Source of the DNA: Mustelus asterias
Taxonomy: Eukaryota
Length of the DNA: 64,000 nucleotides
Reading direction: 5' to 3'
NCBI RefSeq assembly: GCF_964213995.1
Contig: NC_135823.1
Location: 64,356,001 to 64,420,000 of the forward strand
Part shown: piece after piece, positions 39,001 through 51,000 of the stretch
Position numbering within the stretch: position 1 is the stretch's first letter
Layout of the letters: each line of letters opens with the position of its first letter
Position numbers and translations under genes: made by a program
The notes under the pieces: model-generated
Database searches by the model: none
What the model was told of the DNA's origin: nothing
The model's input: the letters and a program-made list of their open reading frames with translations, nothing else

Positions 39001-42000
39001 CCAATCAAACTTTAATCAGATGCAGGTGGATGTCATTGAATCATTGCTCAAAGTTAATAAAATTCAATGGCTTAAAGGAGCCGTTCCTTTCTGATGCACT
39101 GTTTATATTTTCTGTGATTGACTGGAGAGATTAACAAACTGCTGACATGTTTCATGGGGTAAAAAGCCACTCGTTAGAATGTGCATTGGAAGATGTCTAT
39201 GGGCGGGAATCGTGGTGGGCAGGACACAGACCATGCAAAGATCCGTTCAGCTCAGGCGGGATTTTCCGGTCTTGGGGCGAGCGTGGCCGGAAAATCCTAC
39301 CCTATGTTATATTTTCCCTTTTTTGCGTTGGAGAAACCCCAGCTCTGGCCAGGCAGCTTTTGAAGGCTTTGCATTGCCCAAGACCGTATCACTTAACTTT
39401 TAAAATAAACAGCAATACCAAAAGAAAATGATGATAAATACTATGTTTGCATATTGTCTAATGAGGTTAGAGCGGTTAGGCTTGTATCCATTAGAGTTTA
39501 GTAAGAGGAAACTTGATTGAAATCTGATCCTGTGAGGTATTGGCAGGGTGGATGTGGAAAGGATGTTTCCTCTGGTCAGAGTCTAGAACTAGGAAGTCAC
39601 TGTTTTAAAAAAAAAAATAAGGGGTCGCTCGTTTAAAACAGATGAGGAGAATTTTTTTTCTCTCGGTCGAGAGTCTGGAACACTCTTCCTCCAAATGGAA
39701 GCAGAATCTGTGAACATTTTCAAGACAGAACTAGATGGGGGTGAAAGGTTATCGGGGGTAGGCGGGGATGTGGAGTTGCAATCTGATCCGCCATGATCTT
39801 GTTGAGGGGCCAAGTGGCCTACTCCTAATTTGTATGCTTGTACATGATCGAAAACGGTTATCTGGAGCGGAGGCATTGATTAGCCATAATGTGGATTAAG
39901 TTACAGAAGAGGCTTGAAGGGCCATGTAGCCTGCTCTTGGTCTTTGTTCCAACATAAATTCATTCTAACTGGTGTTCAACAAGCCATTCAGCTGAAAACC
40001 TGATTAGGTCCCAGAAGTCAGTTATAATAACCAAATGATTAGGTAACCCTAAGGAGTTAATTTACTACAAAATGTACTCTTGGCATATATATAAATGAAA
40101 TATATATATCCGCTGTAAGGAAGAGCTCTTTGAGGAGGTTTCTATAGGACTCGCACTCTTATTCCCTGTGTAAAGTGTAAGCAGATTTCAGAAGAGCAAT
40201 CTCTTGTTAAATTTGTGGTTCTTTATGCACCCCAGTAATCAATAAAATTTAGTAATATTACACGAAAATCTAGAACTTGGGATCTTCATGAATGTTCTGC
40301 CTTATTTCAGACTTTTGGTGGGAATTGCAGAACTATTACCTTTTATCTGTTTATCGACATATTTGTGCAAACTGATCTGATAGCAGGTGGGACGATCTGG
40401 AAACAGCGACTGAATTAATTAACGTTGGTTGAAATGATTTAGTGATTTAAACATTGTGGGGTTTACGACTGGTTCAGGCGCCTTGTATTGAGCTTGATAA
40501 TCAAGACCATCCTTTTTAATCATCAACCCAGAAGAAAAATCCATAATTAGGTAAGTTAAATGTTTCCAAATTAACAGAAGCTGCTGCTAAAGTTATTGAG
40601 ACTCCTTTAAGCTCAAGGGTGAAGTCTTAATTGCTTCACAGTTTCTGTTCTCTGCTGCCATTTGAAATAGAGATTTATATCCATTCAGCAACTCTGTTTA
40701 ATAAAAGTTTCCAACTCTTCGAACTACTTTGTGAAATAAGTTTGCATTTCATTTCCAGTACAAATAAATGTCATGACGGCATTGGGTTTTAAATAAAAGA
40801 CGTAACTAATCTGGATAGATATAAATTTTGAGGAATGAAATTATTTTATTCCTGTTTTGCAGGATAGGCTTTCTTGGTCTAGGCCTAATGGGGAGTGGAA
40901 TTGTTGCAAATCTCTTGAAGATGGGGCACACTGTCACAGTGTGGAATCGCACAGGAGAAAAGGTATGCCACCTCCAAACTTCTGATCTGTTTCCTATCGC
41001 GCTTGCTCAGCTGTTACTGTCGGCTTTGCTTCAGTGGTTAGCGCCCTTACCCCTTGTGTCAAAATGTTGTGGGTCCCAGTCCCACTCCAGAGACAACAAA
41101 CAATTCATACCACACTTCAGTGCACTGTCAGAAATGCTGTCTTTCGGATCTCGAACAGGAGATTTCTCCATGTGTCCTGGTCAGCATTTATCTCAACAAA
41201 TATCACTGAAAAACAGAATATCTGGTTCTGTATTTCACTTGTGGATAAACATAGAAGATAGGAGCAGGAGGAGGCCATTTGGTCCTTTGCGCCTGCTCTG
41301 CCATTCACGATCTTGGCTGATCGTCAAACTAAATAGCCTAATCCTGCTTTCCTTGCTGTATGTAAATTAGTTGCCATATTCCCTTAGCATGGGAGTATGG
41401 TGTTGAGATAGTGCGGTCATGGCCGATCCTCTAAATGGCTCAAAGGGCCAAATGACCTACTTTTCTGGGTTTACTTTATAACGCTGACCAGACTTTAGAA
41501 GTCCTTCATTGGTTGTAAAGGGCTTTGACGTTGTAAAAAGTGCTATAGAAATTAAGATTTCTGTCTGCCACTTCATGAAGCACCTCATTGGCTCTAAAGT
41601 GCTTTAGATGTCCTGAGGTGTTGTGTGAAAGTCCTTCCCTTTACTGCATGCCAACATGCCCTGTAAGATGGAACTAGAGTGCACAAGGCCCTTGGGGCGG
41701 CACGGTGGCACAGTGGTTAGCACTGCTGCCTCACAGCGCCAGAGACCCGGATTCAATTTCGGTCTCGGGTCACTGTGTGGAATTTGCACTTTCTCCCCGT
41801 GTCTGCATGGGTTTCCTCCGAGTGCTCTGGTTTCTCCCCATAGTCCAACGATGTGTGGGTTAGATGGATTGGCCACGCTAAATCAACCTTTTTTATATCG
41901 GGGGAATTAGCAGGGTAAATATGAGGGGTTACAGGGATAGGAGCTTGGGTGGGATTGTGGTTGGTGCAGACTCGATGGGCCAAATAGCCTCCTTCTGCAC

Positions 42001-45000
42001 TGTAGATTCTATGAACTGAACAAACTCTGGTTATGCTGCCGATGTGACAACCGGGATTGAACCAAAAATTGGGTGTGCAATACCATATAAATCAAATGTC
42101 TGTTTTGCTTTCAATACTGCTTCATTCCTGTTCAAAAAGTCAGGCCCATTCCATTGGCATCAAGGCTGAACTCACAAATGTATTAAGCCCCACTCTCGTA
42201 GCTCTCTGACACAGCAATTTGGAACACCAGTTTCCTGTGAAAGTACCCTTTTGAAAGGAATGTATGTGGTTTGTTTTTGAAGTGGGAAAATTTATCAAAT
42301 GCCTCTTCGTTTTGTGGCAGTGCGACCTTTTTCTCCAGGAAGGGGCACGTTTAGGACGGACACCAGCGGAGGTGGTTTCTACGTGTGATATCACACTCTC
42401 TTGCATTTCTGACCCAAAGGCAGCTAAAGACGTAAGTGCATCTACTGTTTCTTAGCCTGATTGGCTGAGCGGCAATGAACCATAATGTTAGCTCTCTTAA
42501 TATTCTTAAGTAATGGGAGGAATGTTAATATTTACATCTCGACGTGTTTTCAGTTAACCTTGTTTATAAAAAAAAAAAGCTCTAACGATCTGAGTATTTG
42601 CAGCAAGTTTTGTTTTGTGCTTTCAGCTGGTTCTGGGTCCCAGTGGAGTGCTGCAAGGGATTCGACCAGGCAAGTGTTATGTTGACATGTCTACAGTGGA
42701 TCCCGAGACATCCACAGAAATCTCACAGGTAATAAGCTGAGTAGATTTCACAGAGCATAAAACTTACTCTTGTCTTGAAGATTGGGCTTGTACCAATTTT
42801 GAGGGGGTGGGGGGGAAACTAATGTCATTCAAAGCAAATTTGTGAAATGTGCCTCTTTCCGTGGTCTGGCTGCATTGCAAATTACTGGCACCACTGGTCC
42901 AAGTCGAGGTCTCTTTATAAATGTGGTGGGCTGCTTCAATCAACTGGCAAATCCTGTAGTTAGACGATAATTACCACCTTCTTTCTGAAATATAGAATTT
43001 AGTTACAGCTTTGTTTCATTTATCTGGCCTGGCCTGTGCTTCCCTTCTAATGCTTTGCTTCAGTCGTTCATCTGAAAGTATTTGTGTTGGAGGGGGGAGT
43101 GGGCATTGGCTAGACTGCTAACTTGTGGATGAGACTAATATAGTCAGGATTTGATCCCTGCTGCGGCTGAGGTAGAGTTGGCACCTGTCTCCTTGCCCTA
43201 GCTGCAATTTTTTAAAAATTAGATGTGGGGATGTCAAGGACCTGCCATTGGACAGAGAAGTGAAGACTATCCGTCTAAAGACATTTCTTTGCTATCCTTG
43301 TATTGTTTCCCAGCCTGCTCTTCTGGAGCTTTTAGACCATAAGACATAGGAGCAGAATTAGGCCACTCGGCCCATCGAGTCTGCTCCGTCATCCAATCAT
43401 GGCTGATTTTTTTCCTCATCCCCATTTTCCTGCCTTTTCCCCATAACCCCTGATCCCCTTATCAGTCAAGATCCAATCTATCTCTGTCTTAAAGACACTC
43501 AATGACCTGGCCTCCACAGCCTTCTGCGGCAAAGAGTTCCACAGATTCACCACTCTCTGGCTGAAGAAATTCCTCCTCATCTCTGTTTTAAAGGATCGTC
43601 CCTTCAACCTGAGGTTGTGCCCTCTGGCTAAAGGTCTTCCTACTTATTTCACTGTTAGCACCAAGCTTTTATTTCCGTGTTCTATGGCCACTCCTGAAAT
43701 GTTTGCCTTTCTGTTTTCTCACACAAGCCTTGTGCTCCTGTTCCTTCCTTCCAGTCTGGTCTGAATGTTTCTTTTTCACTAGTGTCCGGTCAATTTCTTG
43801 TGACAAATCATTGTATAGAAAACGTAGAGTTTGGCTTTCCCAATAGCTCGATGGGCAAATGTCATCAAAGTGTGATACTGAGCCATTGCAATGGAGAATG
43901 TTCAAGGTTTGGTCCTGAAGTGTGCTGAATTAGCTGAGCTCAGTTGATGCAGCAGTGCAAGTGGGACAAAAGGCCTCAATCTCCCTGCGATCGGGAGGCT
44001 AAACATTAACTACAATGGCCAATCCTGATCATTACCAATCACTCCCCTTCAACAGTGCACAGTGTGGGCTTGGCCAAAAAAAACCCAGGATTGACAGGAT
44101 GCAGAGCCGAGTCCTTTTAAGATGCAAAAATGTGGAAGATTCTGTGCAATGTTAGGATAGATACATTGAGTTTTTAACCATGGATTTAATTAATTTTAGT
44201 GTGTATGATTGGCAAGCGGTGGGTGACTACACCAGGGATTTTCTTGGCACAAAATGGAAGTGTTTCTGAAAGAATTGAGTGCTTTTAAAGTTTATTTATT
44301 AGTCACAAATAAGCTTGCCTTAACACTGCAATGAAGGCCATAATGTGGAGATGCTGGTGTTGGACTGGGGTGGGCACAGTAAGAAGTCGCTCAACGTCAG
44401 GCTAAAGTCCAACAGGTTTATTTGGTGTCACTAGCTTTTGGAGCGCTGCTCTCACCTGATGAAGGAGCCATGCTCCGAAAGCTCGTGATACCAAATAAAT
44501 CTGTTGGACTTTAGCCTTGGTGTTGAGACTTTTTACTGTGCCCACTGCAATGAAGTTACTGTGAAAATCCCCTAGCCGCCACACTCTGGCTCCTGTTCGG
44601 GTACACGGAGGGTGAATTTAGCATGGTCAATGCACCCTACCAGCATGTCTTTCAGACTGTGGGAGGAAACCGGCGCACCCGGAGGAAATCCACGCAGACA
44701 CGGGGAGAACATGCAGACTCCGCACAGATAGTGACCCAAGCCGGGAATCGAACCCTGGCACTGTGAGGCAGCACTGCTAACCACTGTGTCACCGTGCCAC
44801 TCCCTGTTGTTTTAAAAATCTCTTGGGTCACCTTGGACCTCATTGGTGATGGTTTCAAAGCTTTCCTGACCCGATCTAACATTCCAACTTGTGCCCCGCT
44901 TGGTGCCATGGGCCAGTTTTCTGATTCCAGTGTTGTGTATGACGCTTCGTTAAGATCTTGAGGTTGGCGGACTTTACCTGGGCCGCTCTCTTTACAAACT

Positions 45001-48000
45001 CCACAGCCAGTAGCCGGGACTGATCTGTAATTGTTACTCCGTTGCATAGGTGATCACTTCCAGGGGGGGGCGCTTTCTCGAAGCACCAGTCTCTGGGAAT
45101 CGGCAACTGTCGGAAAATGGAATGCTGGTGATCCTTGCTGCTGGAGATGAGGCATTATTTGATGATTGTAGCAGCTGTTTTCAGGCCATGGGGAAAAAGT
45201 CTTTCTATTTGGGTAGGTTTGCGTTTACAGAATCCTCCAAACCCTTTCTCTCCCTATATATGAATTGTCTTGATAGATTTGTTTACTGTGCTGGAAAACT
45301 CAATGTCTCAAAGTGTTATTTCGGGAGGAAAGGCCAAATCGTACTTTGTGATTAAAATTAAACATCATAGAATCCCTACAGTGCAGAAAGAGCCATTCGG
45401 CCCATCGAGTCTGCACTGACTTTCAGACAGGATACCACCCAGGCCTTTCCTATAACCCTACATATTTGCCCCGCTAATCCCGCTGACCTACAAATCCTGG
45501 GACTCTTAAGGGACAATTTAGCATGACTAATCCACCTAACCTGCACAAAAGGTCATGAATGTAGCCCAATCCATCGCACAAACCAGCCTCCCATCCACTG
45601 ACTCTGTCTACACTTCCCGCTGCCTAGGCAAAGCAGCCAGCATAATTAAGGACCGCATGCACCCCGGACATTCTCTCTTCCACCTTCTTCCATCGGGAAA
45701 AAGATACAAAAGTCTGAGGTCACCAACCGACTCAAGAACAGCTTCTTCCCTGTTGCCGTCAGACTTTTGAATGGACCTACCACGCATTAAGTTGATCTTT
45801 CTCTACACCCTAGCTATGACTGTAACACTACATTCTGCACTCTCTCCTTTCCTTCTCTACGAACGGTATGTTTTGTCTGCATAGCGAGGAAGAAACAATA
45901 CTTTTCACTATGTTAATACATGTGACAATAAATCAAATCAAACATCTTTGGACTGTGGGAAGAAACCGGAGCACCCGGAGGAAACCCACGCAGACACGAG
46001 GAGAATGTGTAAATTCCACACAGACAGTGACCCAAGCTGGGAATCAAACCAGGTCCCTGGAGCTGTGAAGCAACAGTGCTAACCACTGTGCTACCGTGCC
46101 GCCCGCACATGTTAATACATGTGACACTAATAAATCAAGTCAAACATCTTTGGACTATGGGAGGAAACCGGAGCACCCGGAGGAAACCCACACAGACACG
46201 GGGAGAACGTGCAAACTACACCCAGGCGGTGACCCAAGCCAGGAATCGAACCGGGTCCCTGGCGCTGAGGCAGCAGCGCTAACCACTGTGCTATCGTGCC
46301 GCCCCTCCAAAACATGAATTCTACCACTTCAAAACTCTGTTCAAATGGATCCCTTTTTATTATTGCTGTGTAAATTTTTTATACTGTATATGCTGCTAAG
46401 CTAACTAATGGAACAGCCTAAAAGCAACTGAGCGTGACTCTCTCCCCAGAGAGGAGGTGACTTGCACACATGAAACAACCTGATCAACAAAGCATTCTGA
46501 CTGTATCCTCCCCTTTTTCAAGCTTGCTAATGTATTCCCTACACTGCTAAATAATAACCTGTGCTTTTTTAAAAAATCGACCTGAAGAGCGATTAGATTT
46601 GATCCTTTTATGAGATCCCTAATGAGGAGACATCCCATCCTTCCAGTGCTTAATTTGCAGAACTAATCTGTCTAATTGAAAGAAAAATCTTAAATAAAAG
46701 CTGATCTGGCAGCACCGGTGAGGTGGGAAACGGGGGTTCAAGTTTCAGCTTGATGAGCTTTGCCCAAGGGTCATAAACCTGAAATGTGAACTCTGTCCCT
46801 CTCTCCGCAGATGCTGCCAGACAGGAGTATTTCCACATTTTGTGTTTACGTTGTATAACCGAGGGTGTGAGGCCATCTCACAAGTCTGAGCATGTGTGAA
46901 GTTAATTCGATGTGCACTTTCTGCTTTCCGGACTAAGTGGAGCACTATATGGGCCTGCTTACATTATTGTTTCCTTTCCAGGTGAGGTGGGTAATGCGTC
47001 GAAGATGATGCTGATTGTAAATATGATCCTGGGCAGTTTCATGGCTTCTGTTGCGGAAGGATTCACGTTGGCTAAGATAGCCAGCCAGTCCCAAGAAGTG
47101 CTGCTTTACATCCTGAGTCAGGGACCTTTGGCAAGTGCTTTTCTGGACCAGAAGTGCCAAAGTAACTAACTTTCTTTCTAATTTCTTTTGAGTGGAATTG
47201 GTTGATGCCGAGGATGCTGATTGCCTGAATTTAGTTAATTAATCCTAGATTCATAGAAACAGATTAATTTCCAGTTAGCCATCCAAATGCAAATACTGCC
47301 AATGGAAGCACATTGGGGATTAGTTTAAACGTGGATCCATTTGTAAGCAACATAACATTTGATACTGGGCATTAATTTTTTAGGATCTGTAGTATTTGAG
47401 GACCTGCATCATTGATGATGGGTATATTCTTTGCTTTCTGTAGTTATATTGTTCAGGGCCATTTTGCAAAGTTATTTCAAACTTGCTTCAAATGTCCTTT
47501 GGTGCAGTATCCAGGGATGCCATAAGTTCATAGAATCCCTACAGTACGGAAGGAGGCTATTTGGCCCATTGAGCCTGCACTGACCACAATCCCACCCTAT
47601 CCCCATATATTTACCCTGCTAATCCCCTGAAACTAGGGTCAATTTAGCATGGCCAATCAACCTAACCCGCACATCTTTGGACTGTGGGAGGAAACCGGAG
47701 CACCCGGAGGAAACCCGTGCAGACTCCACGTTGTGCAAAAAACTGTTTGTTTGATAAACATCTTTGAAAGCTGGGAACGTTAGTGCGGTGCACAGTTGAT
47801 TCCTGTCGAGATATATATTTAATTGCCTGATTCAGTTGCAATCCATGACACGTGAGTGGTGGCAGTGGCAGGGTGTTGTAGCTGGGCTGGCAATCCAGAG
47901 ACCCAGGGTAATGGTCTGGGGACCCAGGTTCAAATCTCACCATGGCAGATAAAAATCAGGAATTAAAATTCCAATTGTAGAATTCCTACAGTGCAGAAGG

Positions 48001-51000
48001 AGGCCACTTGGCCTACCGAGCCTACCACCACTGACAATCCCACCCAGGCCCAATCCCTGTAACCCCACGCATTTACCCTATTTATCCTCCTGACACTAAG
48101 GGGCATTTAGCATGGCCAATCAATCTAACCTGCACATCTTTGGACAGTGGGAGGAAACCGGAGCAAACCCACGCAGACGCGGGATTGTCTTAAAGACGCA
48201 TCTGGTTCTCTGATGTCCTTTTAGCAAGGGAATCTGCCAACTTTACCTAGTCTGGCTGACGTGTGACTCCAGATCCACAGAAAAGTGGTTGACTCTCCAC
48301 ACAAAAAAAGCCCTCTGAATTGCTCTCGAGGGCAATACAGGCTTGAAGGTGACTTCCGATTGACACAGTTACTGTTCATGCTTGAAGAATAGAATTCTTA
48401 GTGTCAGGAATCCAGACAGAACTTTAATTCTCCTTTGGTGTCAGGAGGATCAGCAGGGTAAATGCGTGGGGTTACAAGGATTGGGGTCTGGGTGGGCTTG
48501 TCAGTGGTGCAGGCTCAGTGGGCCAAATGGCGGCCTCCTGCACTGTAGGGATTCTACAATTGGAATTTTAATTGGGTGTACTGGGATATTACTTAGCTGT
48601 GTCACAAGCCAGGTAAGCTTTTTGGTTGGCTGTAAGAATGAAGAGGAGTCTGAAAGTGACTGCTTGCAAAAGAAAATCCAGTATTTTTTTAAAGATCTGA
48701 CCAGAATATTTACAGATTTCTACAGAACTTTAATCTTGCTCAACCCAAAATTGTAATTAGTTTAATGTTTTTTCTGATGTTCTAAGCTATGTAATGATGA
48801 ATGACCAGCAAACCCATTAACTCTGATTCCATTTGTGATTCTCTCTCTCTCAGATATTTTACAGGGAAACTTCAAGCCCGACTTCTTGTTGAAACACATA
48901 CAGAAGGACATCAGGTTAGCCATTGCTATGGGTGATTCTGTCAATCATTCAACTCCAATGGCTGCTGCGGCCAATGAAGTAAGTTTTGAGCATGTTATGC
49001 CCCTAATAAATCACAAATATTGGACGAGTTCCTTGTATCGGTGGGATGGCGTGGGGTACCTGTTTGCGGTCCTAATCTGTTGAACTGTTCAGAGTGCCAC
49101 ATAATGAAGAACAGCATTCCTAGAGGTTCCTGATTGTTGGGGGAATAATGTGCAGATGGAATGGTGTATGTCGTTTCAGTCGACAGTGGGACCTACCACA
49201 GCTTATTGTTGTCCTAATCACAGTGCTAGAAAGCTGTGGGTGTGTATGTTTGCCTATTTATACAAAGAAAATTACATCACAGGACCAGTCCAAAGATGTG
49301 TGGGTTAGGTTGATTGGCTATGTTAAAATTGCCCCTTAGTGTCCTGGGATGCGAAGATGAGAGGGATTAGCGGGTAAAATATGTAGGGATATGGGGGTAG
49401 GGCCTGGGTGGGATTGTGGTCGGTGCAGACTCGATAGGCCGAATGGCCTCTTTCTGTACTGTTGGGTTTCTATGATTTCTAGGCCCTTCGGCCCTCCAAG
49501 CCTGCACCAACCATGCTGCCCAACTGAACTAAACCCCCTACCCTTCTGGGTCCGTATCCCTCTATTCCCATCCTATTCGTGTATTTGTCAAGACACCCTT
49601 TAAAAGTCCACTACCTCCCCTGGCAGCGAGTTCCAGGCACCCACCACCCTCCATGGGGAAAAAAAAACTTGCTAAACGTGTAAAAACACGTGTAATGTGT
49701 TAAAACTGTCACATGTTATGCACTACTTCAATCCTGCTATCAAAACTCAGTCTATTAGAGAAGCAGTACATTTAATAAATATCTAACAAAATATTTAAGC
49801 TTGCCTAATCCATGCATCTACTTTGACATGTTGGAACAGAGGAATTATTTAAAATTTTAGGTCATTATTGTCAAACAGCAGGGTTTTTAAAAATAGTTGC
49901 CAAGTCATTTAAAAGATTCTGAAATCGATGAATGCCATATCAAATGTTCAATATTTCTCATCTTCTACACTCCTTATTCAGTTTCGCCTTTGCTTTATCT
50001 TTCAAACTTTAACTCGGGTTTTATGACAAATTTATTTCATTGCTAGTTAAACTGACACAAGACAGTGCTTTGTTCAATCACGATGTGGAGATGCCGGCGT
50101 TGGACTAGGTTGGGCACAGTAAGAAGTCTCTCAACACCAGGTTAAAGTGCAGCAGGTTTATTTGGAACCACGAGCTTTCGGAGCGCTGCCCCTTCATCAG
50201 GTGAATGGATTCCTCTCACTCCTCCACTCACCTGATGCAGGAGCAGCGCTCCGAAAGCTCATGATTCCAAATAAACTTGTCAGACTTTAACCTGATGTTT
50301 GTGAGACTTGCGCCATCATATTTGAGGAATTCTGTTGTAGAAGCGTGATTGGTTGCTTGTCAATTCTGTGTTCATAGTTTAGGTTAAATTATTGTGCTCT
50401 TCATGTAAAAGTTCTCCCAAGGTTTTTTCATTCTTTTGATTTCTTGCTGATTTTAGTAATTGAAGAGTTGAGAGCCCAAATCTACCTGTGTTATAGTGCA
50501 TTCATGGTTTGGCTGGTGTTCTCCACCGATGTATCCACAATAGCTTTGAATGTTACCTTAAATTTTCTGTTGGTTAAGAGATGCCCTGAGCATAGAAGGT
50601 GAGAGGTGAAAAAATTAACTTTTAGTGCCATGACGATGGCAGTATTGTCCACTACAAGCATTGTAAAATGTAATATTTGAAATGGCCGCATAGACTTAAA
50701 TTAGTTGTATCAATAATTTGGCAATAATCTGATTAGGAACTATGTTCCTCTTACCGTTCCAAAGCTTTGCAGTGCGAATACTGCAATATAAAATCTAGTA
50801 ATGGTAAATCTACTTGACGATCTAGCTTGATTTGATTTATTATTGTCACATGTATTAACATACAGTGAAAAGTATTGTTTCTTGCGCGCTATACAGACAA
50901 AGCATACCGTTCATAGAAAAGGAAAGGAGCGAGTGCAGAATGTAGTGTTACAGTCATAGCTAGGGTGTAGAGAAAGATCAACTTAATGCAAGGTAGGTCC

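Noticed and set aside
40828-41370. 180-aa ORF as a standalone dehydrogenase gene
   Set aside because: Only 40863-40962 is GLYR1 exon 10; the rest is intron read-through
41695-41770. tRNA-like sequences (A/B boxes) here and in many other places
   Set aside because: These are tRNA-derived SINE heads continuous with SINE bodies, not tRNA genes
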